Of a stretch of 64,000 bases of DNA, positions 39,919 through 64,000 are shown in pieces (within the stretch, counting starts at the first letter, position 1; the number at the start of each line of letters is the position of its first letter). This DNA comes from Azolla caroliniana. Lineage: Eukaryota > Plantae > Polypodiophyta. A program made the position numbers and the translations under genes. Where the stretch lies: positions 1,922,001 through 1,986,000 of the forward strand of contig JBHGNT010000004.1 in the NCBI GenBank assembly GCA_043228905.1. Reading direction: 5' to 3'. The notes under the pieces are model-generated. The model made no database searches. It saw only the letters and a list, made by a program, of their open reading frames with translations, and was not told where the DNA came from.

Positions 39919-40397
39919 TAACAATCGTCAATGGTTCGGTTTGAACCGAACCGAACCGCGAAACCGCGGTTTAACAGTTTCAACGGTTCGGTTCGGTTTC
40001 AGTTTGGTTTCAACAGTCAAAAACCGCGGTTTAACGGTTTTTATATTTTATTTTTTAAAATTTTTATTAAAAAAATTCTAAAAAAATTTAAAATTTGTTT
40101 TTAAACTATCTTTTCATTTTTACACCTTATTCTCACATTTTAGGAACATCTAAAATATTTTTAAAATTCTAAATAATGAAATATTATAAATTTTAAAAAA
40201 TAAAAAATTTGATCTATGTTGAAAACCGAATCGAAACCACGAAACCGCGGTTTTTATGGTTTAATGGTTTAACGGTTTGAAAAATGTTTAACGGTTTAGT
40301 TTAACGTTTTCACGGTTCGGTTCGGTTAGGTTCAGGTTTCAAAAAATTTAAACGGTTTGGACCCTCTCAAACCGAACCGAACCGTTGCCGATTGTTA
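39919..40397. mobile_element. hAT-type MITE (479 bp) nested in the larger hAT
   Basis: TIR TAACAATCG(T/G)CAA(T/C)GGTTCGGTT 21/23, 8-bp TSD GTCTCACG, many AACCG/CGGTT subterminal motifs. Confidence 0.93.
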
Positions 40398-40636
40398 GTC
40401 TCACGTTTTGCATTGAGGATACAATCTCATGTTGTCATCCGTACTTTCGATATTTTCTTGGAATAACCCCTTTGAAGTTCACACCACTTGATTGGCTTTC
40501 TTCCCGTTTCTAGATGTACTGGGGTTGTGCTCTTAACCCCCTAAATGAAGGCAGTGAAATCTCTTTTATACTTTCATTGTTTCATTCCACGAGCTTAATG
40601 AAATGCTTCCTCCCATACCTTTTTTGTAAAGCAGAA

Positions 40637-41258
40637 TTTGTGTGATGCATGCGTACGAATGACATTGTTGTAATCTCCCATCTTTGGGTTGTGCCCAAGT
40701 GCCACATGCTCTCAAATTCATAGTATGAATCTATGTGGTTTCATTCACCATGTATTCCAAGTGTGTTGACTACATATGGCAACACTGAGGTGTTTGAAAC
40801 TGTGAACCACTTCAATTGCCTCCTCTTCATGATACTCTACAGGCTATTGACTGTCAGATTAGACATTGCTTCTCACCATGAACTTGATCTTAGGCACTTT
40901 GATTGCTAGGCCACTATTCTCAAAAAAGGAATGATCATATCTGGAAGGGTTTGCAGTCATAGTTGATAGCATGTCTGAAGTACAACATTGTCTGCATAAA
41001 TGTGTGTAAGAGCATGCTTGGTTTATGTGATGCATGCATACAAATGACGTTGTTGGAATCTACCATCTTTGGGTTGTGCGCAAGTGCCACATGCTCTCAA
41101 ATTCATACTATGAATCTGTGTGGTTTCCATTCACCATGTATTCCAAGTGTGCTGACTAGGTATGCCAACACTGAGGTGTTTGAAACTATGAACCACTTCA
41201 ATTGCCTCCTCTTCATGATACTCTACAGGCTACTGACTTTCAGATTAGACATTTCTTC
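40637..41258. repeat. Two diverged direct copies of an approx. 235-bp segment, possibly a LINE RT fragment on the - strand
   Basis: 40637-40873 vs 41022-41258; - strand reads EEEAIEVVHSFKHL, like the IEVV.S(Y/F)KYLG motif ending LINE RT. Confidence 0.6.
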
Positions 41259-41576
41259 ATAGTCTTGCAATTCGAGGACCAAAAGTGTTTTTGTATAGAC
41301 TTCTATACCATGGAACTTCGAAGGCACAAATAGTGCAACAACTCCCCACACCCATCCTAAGAACTCTTACCGTAACTTTGGATTTGCATGTGCGTGTAAG
41401 CTAATGTGAGCCTTCATCTTTCTTCGTTTTTTTTTTATAGATTGGAAGATCTAGAGTGGAAACTATCCTTTATTATCCATCTCATCTTTGTTTTTTTTCT
41501 TGGTTTGTGAATTCTCTCAGTTTCAAGAGTATGTCCTGCCCCAAAAAACATAGATCACACCAACCTTCTATTAAGA

Positions 41577-41816
41577 GTGTGTTTTGCAAGAAAGCACATC
41601 TTAATGACTATTCCTATTAGTATAGCAGCATGTGAACGAGGTTTTTCACGTCAAAATATCATAAAAAATGATATTAGAAACGGTTTATCTTTGGAAACTT
41701 TAGATGCTTTGATGTTTATATCCTTGAATGCTCAAGATACATCAAACATTTGTTGGAGGGATATATTTAACCTTTGGTATGAAGAAAAAGAGAGAAGGAT
41801 ATTATCATTGAAGTAG
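41577..41816 (+). pseudogene. hAT transposase C-terminal dimerisation domain remnant
   Basis: IPISIAACERGFSRQNIIKNDIRNGLSLETLDALMFISLN. Confidence 0.85.
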
Positions 41817-42814
41817 ACACATATTTTACAATGCTTAATATGAGGAGTCACGGTATGATAAACATTTTTTGTGTTTTTTGGGTTATAAGAAATATATGAT
41901 GATTTAAATATTCAATTTGTATGATTTCATTATCTTTGTGAGGTAGTTATGTTTATTTGTGTATCTTTGTATACTTTCTATAGTTCAAGCATCATATGCT
42001 TTTCATTATTAAAACTTGTATGTCAAATGACATGTTAGTTTTGGCACTCTCGTGTCATATGACATACATCTTTAAAAAGTGCCTGTCAAAAAACTTAAAG
42101 ACCAACCTGTCAATTTCAGGCCCTAATGGGGTGCCCGGGAATTTGTCAATAGTGGTCACAACCATCTCTTTTCTTTAGTAGGTCACCACCTAGGGGACTT
42201 GACAATTCTTGGAAACAATAACACAAGTTGTGAAGTTAATGGTGTTGACTTAAAAAATAAACTAAAATAGACACATGGTACATCATTTGTCTATTTTATC
42301 TACATGTGATTAGGTATGTGTGACATGTCGGCATTTTCTGTGATGTATGGGTGCAAGGCATTCTTCAAGCAAAATAATAGGATTACTCTTGGGTTTGAAT
42401 CTTTACATGTAAATCTAAGCTAACCATTGAAGAGAAAAGCATGAAAGAAAGATGATGATGGGGCATCGAGTAAAAGAATTCAAAGTCTTATTGCATGATA
42501 GTATCTAGTGATTAAGACATTTTCTCCAAATAGTTAAAGATCTTTGCACATTTGAATACTAAATCTACCAAAATAAAAAGTGTTCACCATCCCATATAGA
42601 CCCAAGCTTCTAATGTTGTGCCAACTCCGCCTCTCGAGTCTTTGTGCCTACCTTCAACCTTCCATGCTTCAAACCATCTAACCACCCTAGTTGGAGTCTC
42701 ACCTTCCACCTTAATCAATGCCACATTAGGCACCACATGCTACCCATCTTACCATCATCCTACCAACGAGACTTTGAGATGATGGAACCCTCTACAATCA
42801 TCACATAAACAATG

Positions 42815-43216
42815 TGTAAAGAATCGGGTATGATTATTGCGTAGCGGAATAGATATGAACTGTGTGTGTATGAGAGAGAGAGAGTGAGTAAGTGAGTGAG
42901 AGTGAGAGAAACAAGGAGTAAGACACAGAGTATACGCAAGGTAAATTATATTAACAAAGGAGAAAGACTCAACATTATACAAGGTGGGAGGAGGGTGCTT
43001 TATATAGTCACCCTCTCTCTTCATTAACTACAAGACTCATGGAGCATGGGGAATGTGAAAGCTCATAAGTTATGTGTCATAGAATATGATTCTATGACTC
43101 ATACTAAATGCTCGAATACAAAGTGGTGACATAATGGTGACTCTTGACCGTTGGAGTGTCTATTCACTCTCAAGGTGAGTTCACACACTAGATCAAGTTG
43201 AGCTTGATTCTCAACA
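42815..43216 (-). repeat. 3' LTR of copia D
   Basis: Direct repeat of 47423-47811; preceded on - strand by GAGGGGGCG. Confidence 0.95.
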
Positions 43217-43479
43217 CGCCCCCTCAAGCTCATGTCGGGTCGGTTTCATATGGTATCCGAAATCCGCTTCGACTCGCGTTCCGGAGTCCGCGTCGACTCA
43301 TATTTATGCGGAGTTGCGGAATCCGTGCTCCAGCTTGCGTTGTGCGTAGTTGCGAAGTCTGTGCTTCGGCTTGCGTCTTTCTTCGCGGCTTTGCGTGGTA
43401 GATCGGCTCTTTGCGGCTTCGTTGCGTGATTGCGGAATCCATGCGTTATTGCATAGTGTGCGGTTGCGGAATCTACACG

Positions 43480-46400
43480 TTATTGTGTAGTGTCTTCAGT
43501 ACTCCCCCTCAAGCTTGGCAGGTCAGGGAGCGTCAATCCGAGATCGGTCCTGAATTGCCATAGCTTGTCGGCTCCTAAGGCTTTAGTGAAGATGTCAGCC
43601 ATTTGAAGATTCGTGCTAATGTGTTGTAGGTCAACATCGCCAGCTAGAACGCGCTCTCGGATGAAGTGATAGTGCACTTCCATGTGCTTTGTCTGCGCGT
43701 GGAACACCGGGTTCCAAGCCAGATGGATACTGCTCATATTGTTGCAGTAAAAGGAAGTCGGATCCTTGAAGGGTACGCCCAGATCCTTGAGTATTCTTTT
43801 GAGCCATACGGCTTCGCATGCGGCCACTGTCGCGCTCCTGTATTCCGTCTCTATGCTCGAAAGAGCGACGGTTGGTTGCTTTTTACTGCTCCAGGATATT
43901 GCTCCGCTGCCGAGGGAAAAAACAAATCCGAAGATTGATCTTCTATCGGCTTTGTAGCCGGCCCAATCGGCGTCTATGTACCCCTCGAGTCGTATTGGCA
44001 TCGCAGTCTTGAAGAGGATGCCGCTCACATATCGTAGAACTCGCTTAGCGCAATCCAAGTGAATATCACGCGGTGTTTGCATGAATTGGCTAAGGAGACC
44101 GACCGGATAACTGAGATCAGGTAGATTGATCATGAGGTAGATGAGACTCTCGATGAGTTGCCAATACTGAGTCGGCTCACACGCTTTGGTGCCGGAGTTC
44201 GCATCTAGTTTGAGATTGCGATCGAGCGAGGTTGCCGCGTATTTGCACTCGGCCATTCCGAACTTGAATAACAAGTTGAGTATGTAGTGTCATTGAGAGA
44301 TCATGATTCCGGCCGGAGTCCGAATTACCTCGATGCCGAGGAAGTAGTGGAGCTCCTTCATGTCCGTCATCTCGAACTTGTCGGAAAGGAGGGATTTGAC
44401 CTTATTGATTTCGACGAGATGCTCGCCTCCAATGACTAGGTCATCCACATATAAAATGATGACGATTGGACTTGCGGAATCGCTTCGTATGTAGAGGGAG
44501 TTGTCCGATTTTGACATACGGAAGCCGATTTGATGAAGATATTGCATTATCTTCGAATGCCAAGCATGAAGTGCTTGCTTGAGGCCATAGAGTGGCTTCT
44601 TGAGTCGGCATACAGCTTTCGGATGGGTGCTCGAGTTGAAGCTAGGTGGTTGTATCATGTGCACCTCCTCTTCTAATTCGCCTTGTAGAAAGGCGTTCTT
44701 GACGTCCATTTGATGGAGGTACCACCCTTTCGCCGCGGCAAACGCGATTACAATCCGTACCGTTGTCATCTTTGCCACCAGGGCAAAGGTCTCCTCATAG
44801 TCAACTCCGTGCATTTGGGCGTAGCCTTTTGCTACGAGTCGCGCTTTCTAGCGGTTGACGAAACCGTCGACGTTGTACTTAAGTTTGTAAATCCATCTGC
44901 ATCCGATCGCCTTTTTGTGTGGTGAGGTGGGAACGAGATCCCACGTCCCATTCTTGCGTAGTGCCTGCATCTCCTCGTTCATGGCTTCGATCCATCGCGG
45001 ATCCTTGGCTACTTCATAAAAGCTTTCGGGCTCCCGTATTGTTGCTACCTTCATCATAAAGGGCGTAATGGTACGCCATATAATTGTTGTAGTCGAATCG
45101 GCTTACGGGGTTCTTTTCACGAGTGGATCGGCAGAGCTTTTCATTTGCAGAGATGAGGGCTTTCTTACCTCCGATTGGTATATCGAAGCCGTCGAACTCA
45201 CTGTCAAGTGAGTGAGTCGACTCATCGTCATCGAAGCGATCGTCTTCGTATTCCTCCATTTTCGCCTTGCCTTTGTCCATCTTCGGGCTAGGCCGTGATG
45301 TGCTTTGATCGCTCAAAGGCTCTTGTGGTCCGCTCAATCGGGTCGTGATCGGACTTTCTTCGAACATGCGTGTAAGGCAATCTTCATCCTCTATCTCTTG
45401 TTCGGCGGATTCCGGGTCGAGCGGAGTTGGAGTTGGAGTTGTCTATGGTGTGTACCAGGATGCGGACTCGTCGAAAACAACGTCTCGACTTACGCGAGAT
45501 TTTCCAGTTGAGGGGTTGTAGCACTTGTACCCCTTTTGCTCCAATGAGTATCCTACGAGGATACATTTCTCCGACTTCAGATCAAGCTTTTGACACTTCA
45601 TCATCGGGGATGTGCACGTACACTATTGCGCCGAATATTCGGGTGTGCGATAAGTCTGGCATCTTTCTGAAGTATTTTTCATGCGGAGTGACCTCGTGCA
45701 CGCCGGATGTTGTGCACCGGTTCATTAGGTAGACGGCCGCATTTGCAGCTTCAGCCCAATAAGACTTGGGCATATGCTTCTCGTTCATCATGGCCCGCGC
45801 TACTTCGAGGATGTGCCGATTTTTGCACTCGGCTACTCCGTTTTGTTGCGAAGTGTGTCGGCAAGTGAATTCTCGCCGAATTCCTTCCTTTCGGAGATAC
45901 ACCATGAAATCGTCCGAGAAGTACTCCTTGCCGCCATCTGATCGAAGGCATCGTACATGTCGGCCCGTGGCTTTCTCGACTTTATTCTTGAATTTTTGGA
46001 AGTGTTTGAACACTTTGATCTTTTGCCGCATCGGGTAGATCCAAGTGCGCCTAGAGAATTCGTCGATGAAGAGCACGTAATATCGGCATCCGCCGAATGT
46101 AGCCGTCTACGCTGGTCCCCATACATCGAAATGGACTAGTCGAGTAGACCTTTGCTCACGTTCCGCTCTTTTGGGAATGGGTGTCGGTGTTGCTTGCCGA
46201 ATTTGCATGCTTCGCATACACCTTCAATCTCCTTCTCCAGATTTAGGGCACTAGTCGAGGTAGAGGCCGACATAGAGTTTGCTCTATGTTTCATCATGAA
46301 CATTTCGCCACGGTCGGAGTTGTGTGCATGCATTCCGCCACAATCTTCGTAGTCGGAGTTGTGCCAGTACATTCCGCTATACTCTTCGTAGTCGGAATTG

Positions 46401-47281
46401 TGCGCGTAATTCGTGAGTTGTTGGCTTGTAGAAGCCGCTGATTCACGCATCTTCTTTGGGCACTCTTTTTCGTGGTGGCCGAGTTTTCCGCAATATCCGC
46501 ATTCGGTTGCGTTTTGACAGCTCAGGCCAGAGTGGAAGCTCCCCCTTCTTGCGAAGTTTACTCGTTGGCTTCCATTTTGCGGCCGAAATTGGGAGTTGTT
46601 GTCGTAGGTTGGACCTCGTCCGCCTTGTCCTTGGCCGAATCGGCCTCTCGCTCGTCTGCGTCCTCTTCCTCCGTTCGAGTGCATGTAGAACATGTGGCCT
46701 TCCGACTCATTGCTCCTTGTACACACGTGGTTTTCTTTGACCAATAGCATTGATTGGAGCTCGAAGGAGGGAGATTTCTTCCTTGCTAGAATGGCGGTTC
46801 GCATTGCGCCGAACCGTGGTGCGAGGCCACTGAGGCATATTTGCACCATCTTATCATCATCGATACTTACGCTTATCGAGCCGAGCGAGTCACAAAGCTC
46901 CTTGATCTTTGAGGTGTATGTCATGATGGACATGTCCCTTTGTTGAATGTTGTTCAACTCTTGGCGGAGTTGAAGCCTTCTTGCGGTTGTGTTCGCTGCA
47001 AAAATCTTTCATAGATTTTCCCATGCCTCCTTCGGCGTCTTGGCTTCGCGAATGTAGCCGAGCATGTGATCATGAACACATGTCGCCAAGCAATACATCA
47101 CGCGGCTTGCGGCTTGCTCCCATGTCGCGTATCCTAGAGCCGCTTCAGCGGGTCGGTCTTCTTTGATGTAGCTCCAATAGCCTTGTCCGACAAGGTATTG
47201 GTGCATCTTGTACTCCCAAGATGCGAAGTTGTTTCGATCCAACTTTTCGGTAGGGAGAGCGCTCCCAATTTGAGTATTCAT
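43480..47281 (-). pseudogene. Copia D gag-pol, disrupted; protease region deleted
   Basis: EKLDRNNFASW, CGYCGKLGHHEKEC, LRSDGGKEY, QQNGVAE, LYGLKQA, YVDDLV, ADIFTKAL; stops and frameshifts; no DSGA motif. Confidence 0.92.
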
Positions 47282-47410
47282 TATGTCAATTCTTCTTCTC
47301 TCTTCGAATGCGAGCTATGTAGCAAAGCTACGATAGCGATGAGCCGGTTCTTCTTGAACATCGGTGTAGAACTCAACACACGCGGATGGGCTAGATGGAG
47401 CTACCAAACC

Positions 47411-47422
47411 GCTCTGATACCA
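47411..47422 (-). promoter_or_regulatory. tRNA-iMet primer-binding site of copia D
   Basis: TGGTATCAGAGC directly after the LTR-terminal CA. Confidence 0.95.
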
Positions 47423-47811
47423 TGTAAAGAATCGGGTATGATTATTGCGTAGCGGAATAGGTATGAACTGTGTGTGTATGAGAGAGAGAGAGTGAGTGAG
47501 TGAGAGAGACAAAGAGTAAGACATAGAGTATACGCAAGGTAAATTATATTAACAAAGGAGAAAGACTCAACATTATACAAGGTGGGAGGGTGCTTTATAT
47601 AGTCACCCTCTCTCTTCATTAACTACAAGACTCATGGAGCATGGGGAATGTGAAAGCTCATAAGTTATGTGTCATAGAATATGATTCTATGACTCATACT
47701 AAATGCTAGAATACAAAGTGGTGACATAATGGTGACTCCTGACCGTTGGAGTGTCTATTCACTCTCAAGGTGAGTTCACACACTAGACCAAGTTGAGCTT
47801 GATTCTCAACA
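47423..47811 (-). repeat. 5' LTR of copia D
   Basis: TGTTGAGAATC...TCTTTACA on the - strand. Confidence 0.95.
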
Positions 47812-50627
47812 CAATGAATGCCCACTTCGCTCTCCCCCCTCAAGATACAATGCCTCTAGTGCCCAATATTGCCCATTTGCTAACTTGGCATTGCTCCTTC
47901 ATCATCCACCCATCCACCCCCTTTAACTCCCATCGAAATTACCTCCTTAACAACTTCTCCTTTCTCCCCTACCTTGATAATCTTACCCCTCACCTTTCTT
48001 CTAACACCTTGTCCCTCACAACCAATGGTGGAGCACAAACCTAAGAGTGTGCACTCATTAGTTTGGGGGGACATTAAGTACCAAGTATATATTCAAACCC
48101 GTGAAGTCATTGACATTAGCATTAGTACTAAAGATTCAATACCAAAACAAGATAAGGGGAATAGAACAAAATTGGCAGCTAGAACTTTACACCTAATGCT
48201 TGCCCCAATGAGAAAGGAGACAACCTCTCTATAAATAAACTATAAAAGTCACTTTTGTGCCTCTTTTAGCATCCAATATTTACTCTCAAGCTAGAGTTCT
48301 CTCATCTCTCTTGCCTTTATATACTAGCTATGAGTTTAGATATTAGGGTTAAGTGCTACTTAGCCAAACCCTTATCACTTTTCCTATTGTATGTGTTATG
48401 CATGCTTATACTTATTGAAGTGTAGTTATTTCTTATATGTGTAATCCCTTTTCTTATGTTTTTACCATATGCACTTACACTTATTGAACTCTGGTTATTT
48501 TTTTATGTGTGTAATGATTCCCTTTTCTTGTGGTTAATACCATATGTGCTTAACACTCATGCCTAGGAATTAGTGAACTTCTCAGTGAGGTTAGCATTGC
48601 GAAGTGAGGTTGTGGGCAAGAGTTCACTACATTAGGGTAAGTGAGCTTAGAGGCTCAAGAGTGATTAACAACTCTCTACCATCAATAGGGTATACAATAG
48701 TCCACACCCTTGGGCAATAATACTAACATAGAGGCAAAACTCCACCAATACAAATATGCATGCTTGGTGCAAACACCTTGAGCAAACACAAATTTTTATT
48801 TCCTCATTTCTCCTTCTAGCAACAACCTATTGTAAACTTGCCATTTATTTACTTTTCTTCTTTTGCACATGCTACATCAAACAATGGTTTTGAAAGTTCT
48901 ACAACAATTTATAGAACAATAAAAATAAATTACAATTTGAGTACTAAATATCCTTAGGCTCTCAAAATAATTTTGGGTATTTGCTAGAATACCCTTATGT
49001 TCTCAAAAACAAAAACAAGAATACCACATAAGGGGCATCTTGGTAATGTTTTTGAAAAGCCTCGGATATATCAAGTAAATATGCAAAATATTAGGCATAT
49101 TTCATAAACTTTTTTGCTGGTGCTTTACAAGGTCTAGATGGAGACAAATTAAAATATGGATTGATGGGAATCAAACGAACTTAATAAAGTTACCTCTACA
49201 CATGCTTTGAGCACCCACTAGGCGTGCATTGCATATTGTGGTTTATCACAATAACAACATAACCTTTACAAAATATTTATAATTTCACCTTTATACTTTC
49301 TTTTTTTCCAATAATATAACATTTATGCCCATTTCACACTTGTGAGGGTATAAATATAGTTGATAGATATTACCTTTATACCCCATTACAATCTTAGTCT
49401 ATCTATCTATCTTTATCACCCTACCTCTAAAAGTAGTTCCGTCCTCAATGTGCCCTAGTTGCAGTATCAAAGATGAGATGTATGACATATACTTAACATC
49501 ACCTTGGACATAATGTGTGCACAACTCCCAAGTGCACTAAGGGAGGCTTCACTATGGTTGTTGGCAGGGAGTAGGTATCAATTTAGGTGTTAGAAACTAG
49601 AAGTAGTTCTAAAAAAGTAAGGTTTGGTCATGGTTTTGATTAATATGGTGGTATGTATTTAGCCTTTCACGAGCCTAAGACATTTTCACATTCAACATCT
49701 CTATTCATACTAGTGATTTAATGCACAAGGCAAAGGATTTCTTAGATCTTGACTAGCATTTCCTCAAGATGTTTGTCATTGGCTAGTTGGTCTTGTTAGG
49801 TATAATCAATGATCAACCCGAAGTTGTAAATCTATCCCCATATGTGCTCTTAGAGTGCACATTTTGTGATAGCGCCCCAAATGAGGAGCAGCTAGTGTGT
49901 AACTCGACCATATGGGTCGATAAGGCGTTAATCTAGGAAACTGTAGATGTGTAGAACACAATGTATTTAGGAAAGAGCAAAATAGGTAATAGGATTGGCT
50001 AATCAAGTTAACTAGAATATTTTGTGGGCAAGTTACGATATACTTAGTCTTGAAGTATGTGCCATTGATTTCAAGATAAGTACTATCTAGCACTAGCCTA
50101 TATCTAGGGAGTTGGGTCATTAAATGACAAGTCTGTTGACAAAAAAGGAATATCTCCACTACTCTTAACTAACTTTGCACATTTAATGTTATACTCAAAC
50201 CAAACATAGAACACAACCCACTTTCTTACACAATGGTTGGATTGATAATCAATCCCCACTAAGAATGTAGTGAGTTGGTCCATATCCTATCTAAGCTCTA
50301 AGGTGTGAGCACATGGGTAAACTATCATTGTGAGCTACTCTCATATATAATAGAAGTTTTGTTTTCATATATCCATCTCTATAATTGTAACTCTATATAC
50401 CTATCTAATCGATTCTCAATCTTTTTAACAAGTCTCACTAGAGATTAATCTCTATGTTCAAGGCGAGTTCAAGTGCATAGGGTGCCAAAAGTCAAATCTA
50501 GTCAACCCTTCCCAAGGGAGGGATAGGTGAATGTACTAGATCATATCATCGCATGATTCTCATATAGGTCTATATTTTTAAGATTGTTATTAGTCTTTTT
50601 GTGGTTTGGTGGTATTGAGGTGGACCG

Positions 50628-50660
<33 letters not shown>

Positions 50661-51596
50661 AACACAAGATTCACCACAAGATAAATTACCACAATGGATT
50701 CCTTTAACAAAAATCACCAATTCATTTAACCTCAAGGCTCCAGCACTAGGCGTGCTTCAACCTCCATACTTGGTTAGGATGAGGGAAACATGGGTAGCAT
50801 GCAGTGCCTAATGTGGCATTGATCAAGGTCGAAGATGCGGTTCATTGTCGTTCAAGGGTATTGTCTTTCAATCAAATTATATGAATTAAATTTGAATTTA
50901 GAAATGGTACATAAGTGAATTTTCCATATATGAAGCAACCAAGACACATTCAAGTTCACGTGGTTAATAACTAAAGACCTCATTGTGACAAAGTTGGAAG
51001 CAAAACTACAAAGAGTTCCCTTTATGTGATGTGGGACACAATGTAAAAGAACATGCAATGATTGAGGATCAAATCCTTTTTGCAACATGAAGGGGACCAC
51101 AAACACGATGAATTTACGCATGCCTTTGTTCATTAGAACAATGACTAATGCATCAGATAATATATATGTTTATATAAATGTCTTTGACTCCAAATGATTT
51201 TAGAATGATGATTTGGTTCGCCAAGTTGAAAACACATTGTAAAAAAATGTGTATCATGTATCAGTTCTCACGATATGCGTATCGGCGAGGAAAAACACAA
51301 AATATGACTCGATGATCCTGGTTTCTAAGCAACTTATGGAAGCCCCGACAGCACGCAATGTGTTATTTCATAACAAAAATCAGTCTATAGTCAACCAAAG
51401 GCTTATGCCATGGGTCGTTTGAGATTCCACTTACAATCATGATGTATGGTATATATTCATGTACATACATACATATGACATACATACGTACATACACAAA
51501 CACAAACACACATACATACATACATACATACATACATACAATACATACATATATGATATATACATACATACGTGCATGCATGCATGACCATCGACA

Positions 51597-62284
<10,688 letters not shown>

Positions 62285-62875
62285 CAAGTGGTGATGGCAT
62301 TCAACAAGAGGCAGGGGTTTTGGGTGCAGGGTTAGACTTGGAGCATCACTTAAACATCATTTGGACATATATTTCCAAAGACAGATCTATCTAATAAATA
62401 ATAGTCCAGAGCACTTTACTTTTTCATGTTATAAAAGGTATGTCCAATCATGGAGATAGAATCAGGTTCATACATGTTTTTTTGCAAAATGTTTTGTAGT
62501 TCCTGTAATTATGCTATGTTAAAACTGGTTCATGTTGCCTTTTATATGGGTTAAATGCACAAAGTAAGGTTACATTTGCCTAATCCAAGTACAATTATAT
62601 TATCTTTTGCAAGTCCTGCTCATAATTCTCTTAGGATTACAAACATCATGTACCTCTAGATTGTCCACTTCGGTAAATTATACCATTACGTTAATCGAGA
62701 TTGCAACCTTGAGCACAAGATGATCGTAAGGAAGCATCAAATTCGATGTGTGTGAACTATGCCATGTTATTTTTTCAAATGTGAGTTTTTTTGGGGGGGG
62801 GGGGGGATGTTTTGAACATTTGATAAGTAGTGTGGATAGGTGTAACCTGCATTGAAAATATGTCAAACATTAGAT

Positions 62876-63015
62876 TCTTGTGTGTTTTATGACATATTGC
62901 TGAGCTCCTAATAGGTGAACCATTAGTGTCTTGTGTGTTTTATGACATATTGCTAAGGTGTTAATAGGTGAGCCATTAGTGTCTTGTGTGTTTATGACAT
63001 ATTCTTGTGTGTTAA
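62876..63015. repeat. 53-bp tandem repeat x2.5 upstream of RLK2
   Basis: TCTTGTGTGTTTTATGACATATTG at 62876 and 62929, with a variant at 62982. Confidence 0.9.
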
Positions 63016-64000
63016 TAGTCGGAAGTCTATGGTCTCAGGGTAAGACCTGGAAATAAGGAAACTTATCTTCATTCTAACTACGGAGAAGGCATTGGAAATG
63101 TTTAATGTAGATTTAACTTCTCAAAACTCACTCATTAAGTAAATCTTTCACTATGATCCAAATCCCTAATTACTTGAATTGTTCATATGTGCCACATAAT
63201 TGAAAATATACTACTCCGTTAAACTCCAATCATAATTTTAAAAATGAAACGACTTAGTCCATCAAACTTGTTAGTATGTCAACAACAATGGACTTGATGA
63301 AATAGCTTTTGTAGTCACATCAGGTTTGTTCTTATATACCTATGAGAGTAGAAGAGGCTTTATCATAAAGTCGACACTCTGTTTTGTTTTCCATATGGTG
63401 GTGATATTATATAAAGGAAAGCATCACTCCACTAATGTAGACCAACCATGTCTATGTATGGAGTGTATCGTAGCACTTGACTTTTGCAACATCGAGACAA
63501 AATAAAATGTCATATACATAGTAGAATAGTGATAGAATTTATTTATTTATTCAAAACAAATCATCCTTCCATTAGTTATAAAGAAAGGTCATAACGGTTA
63601 CATCATACAAAGTATTTTTCCCCCAGCCCGCCTTGTGTAGACAACAGTTGAGGAAACAAATCTATGTACTCCAACATAGAGAAAACAGTCCAACAATTAC
63701 AATCTATTCCCTAGACACATTGCAAGGTATCCATATTCATAGGCAACAACAAAAGTAGCTCTATTCGGAAACAAACCGTCTCAGGTCAGAGTTATGAGCC
63801 ATTCAATACTTCTTCTGATTGCGTTCACAAGTGGAAGGATTGCGCACAAGTGGAAGGATAAGGAATATTCCGTTTGATTTTGGGTTTTTTTTTGCCATTT
63901 CACAAAACATCTTGATACTAGTATCACATGTTCTCCAAAACTTGATGAAAAAGTTGAAAATTTCACCATTTGGTAAAATTGAAAAATGCCAAATTTGGGT

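Larger units (their letters stand above)
38899..42125 (+). mobile_element. Non-autonomous hAT transposon derivative (3.2 kb) just upstream of RLK1
   Basis: 8-bp TSD ATGGGGTG (38891-38898, 42126-42133); degenerate TIRs CACGGCAGGAATTTGA / TAGGGCCTGAAATTGA; transposase C-terminal remnant inside. Confidence 0.82.
42815..47811 (-). mobile_element. Ty1/copia LTR retrotransposon D with both LTRs and TSD CAATG
   Basis: LTRs 47423-47811 and 42815-43216 differ by few substitutions plus a microsatellite indel; TSD at 42810-42814 and 47812-47816; PBS; PPT. Confidence 0.96.

Noticed and set aside
48240-51300. Possible further LTR elements between copia D and RLK2
   Set aside because: TATA-like and repeat-like fragments are present but no termini, TSD or coding motifs could be fixed by eye

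Overview
Land-plant nuclear DNA in two parts. (1) 1-26151 is a GC/CpG-rich stack of nested LTR retrotransposons. A Tnt1/Tork-like copia (3' LTR 3792-4520) and a related solo LTR (6636-7485) sit inside a decayed Ty3/gypsy (A, +). A abuts tail-to-tail a nearly intact relative (B, -, 9428-15831). B is inserted in a copia remnant (C), which is inserted in a non-autonomous gag-only element (N+), which also hosts a complete second copy (N-, 19754-25060). The A/B/N group shows an unusual set of traits: an 18-nt tRNA-Trp primer site, Gag fused to a D-H-G protease, a G_GAU_UUU_UAG -1 frameshift into pol, an FxDD RT, and 4-bp TSDs at RCGY sites. (2) 26152-64000 is AT-rich and holds a minus-strand tandem array of LRR receptor-like kinases. 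One is an intact 20-exon gene (30666-38487), one is a paralog with two damaged LRR exons (51597-62284), and one is a collapsed relic (28285-29575). These are interspersed with hAT elements/MITEs (8-bp TSDs) and a two-LTR copia (42815-47811). All coordinates, counts and identities were read by eye; lineage names are from motif recognition, not database searches.
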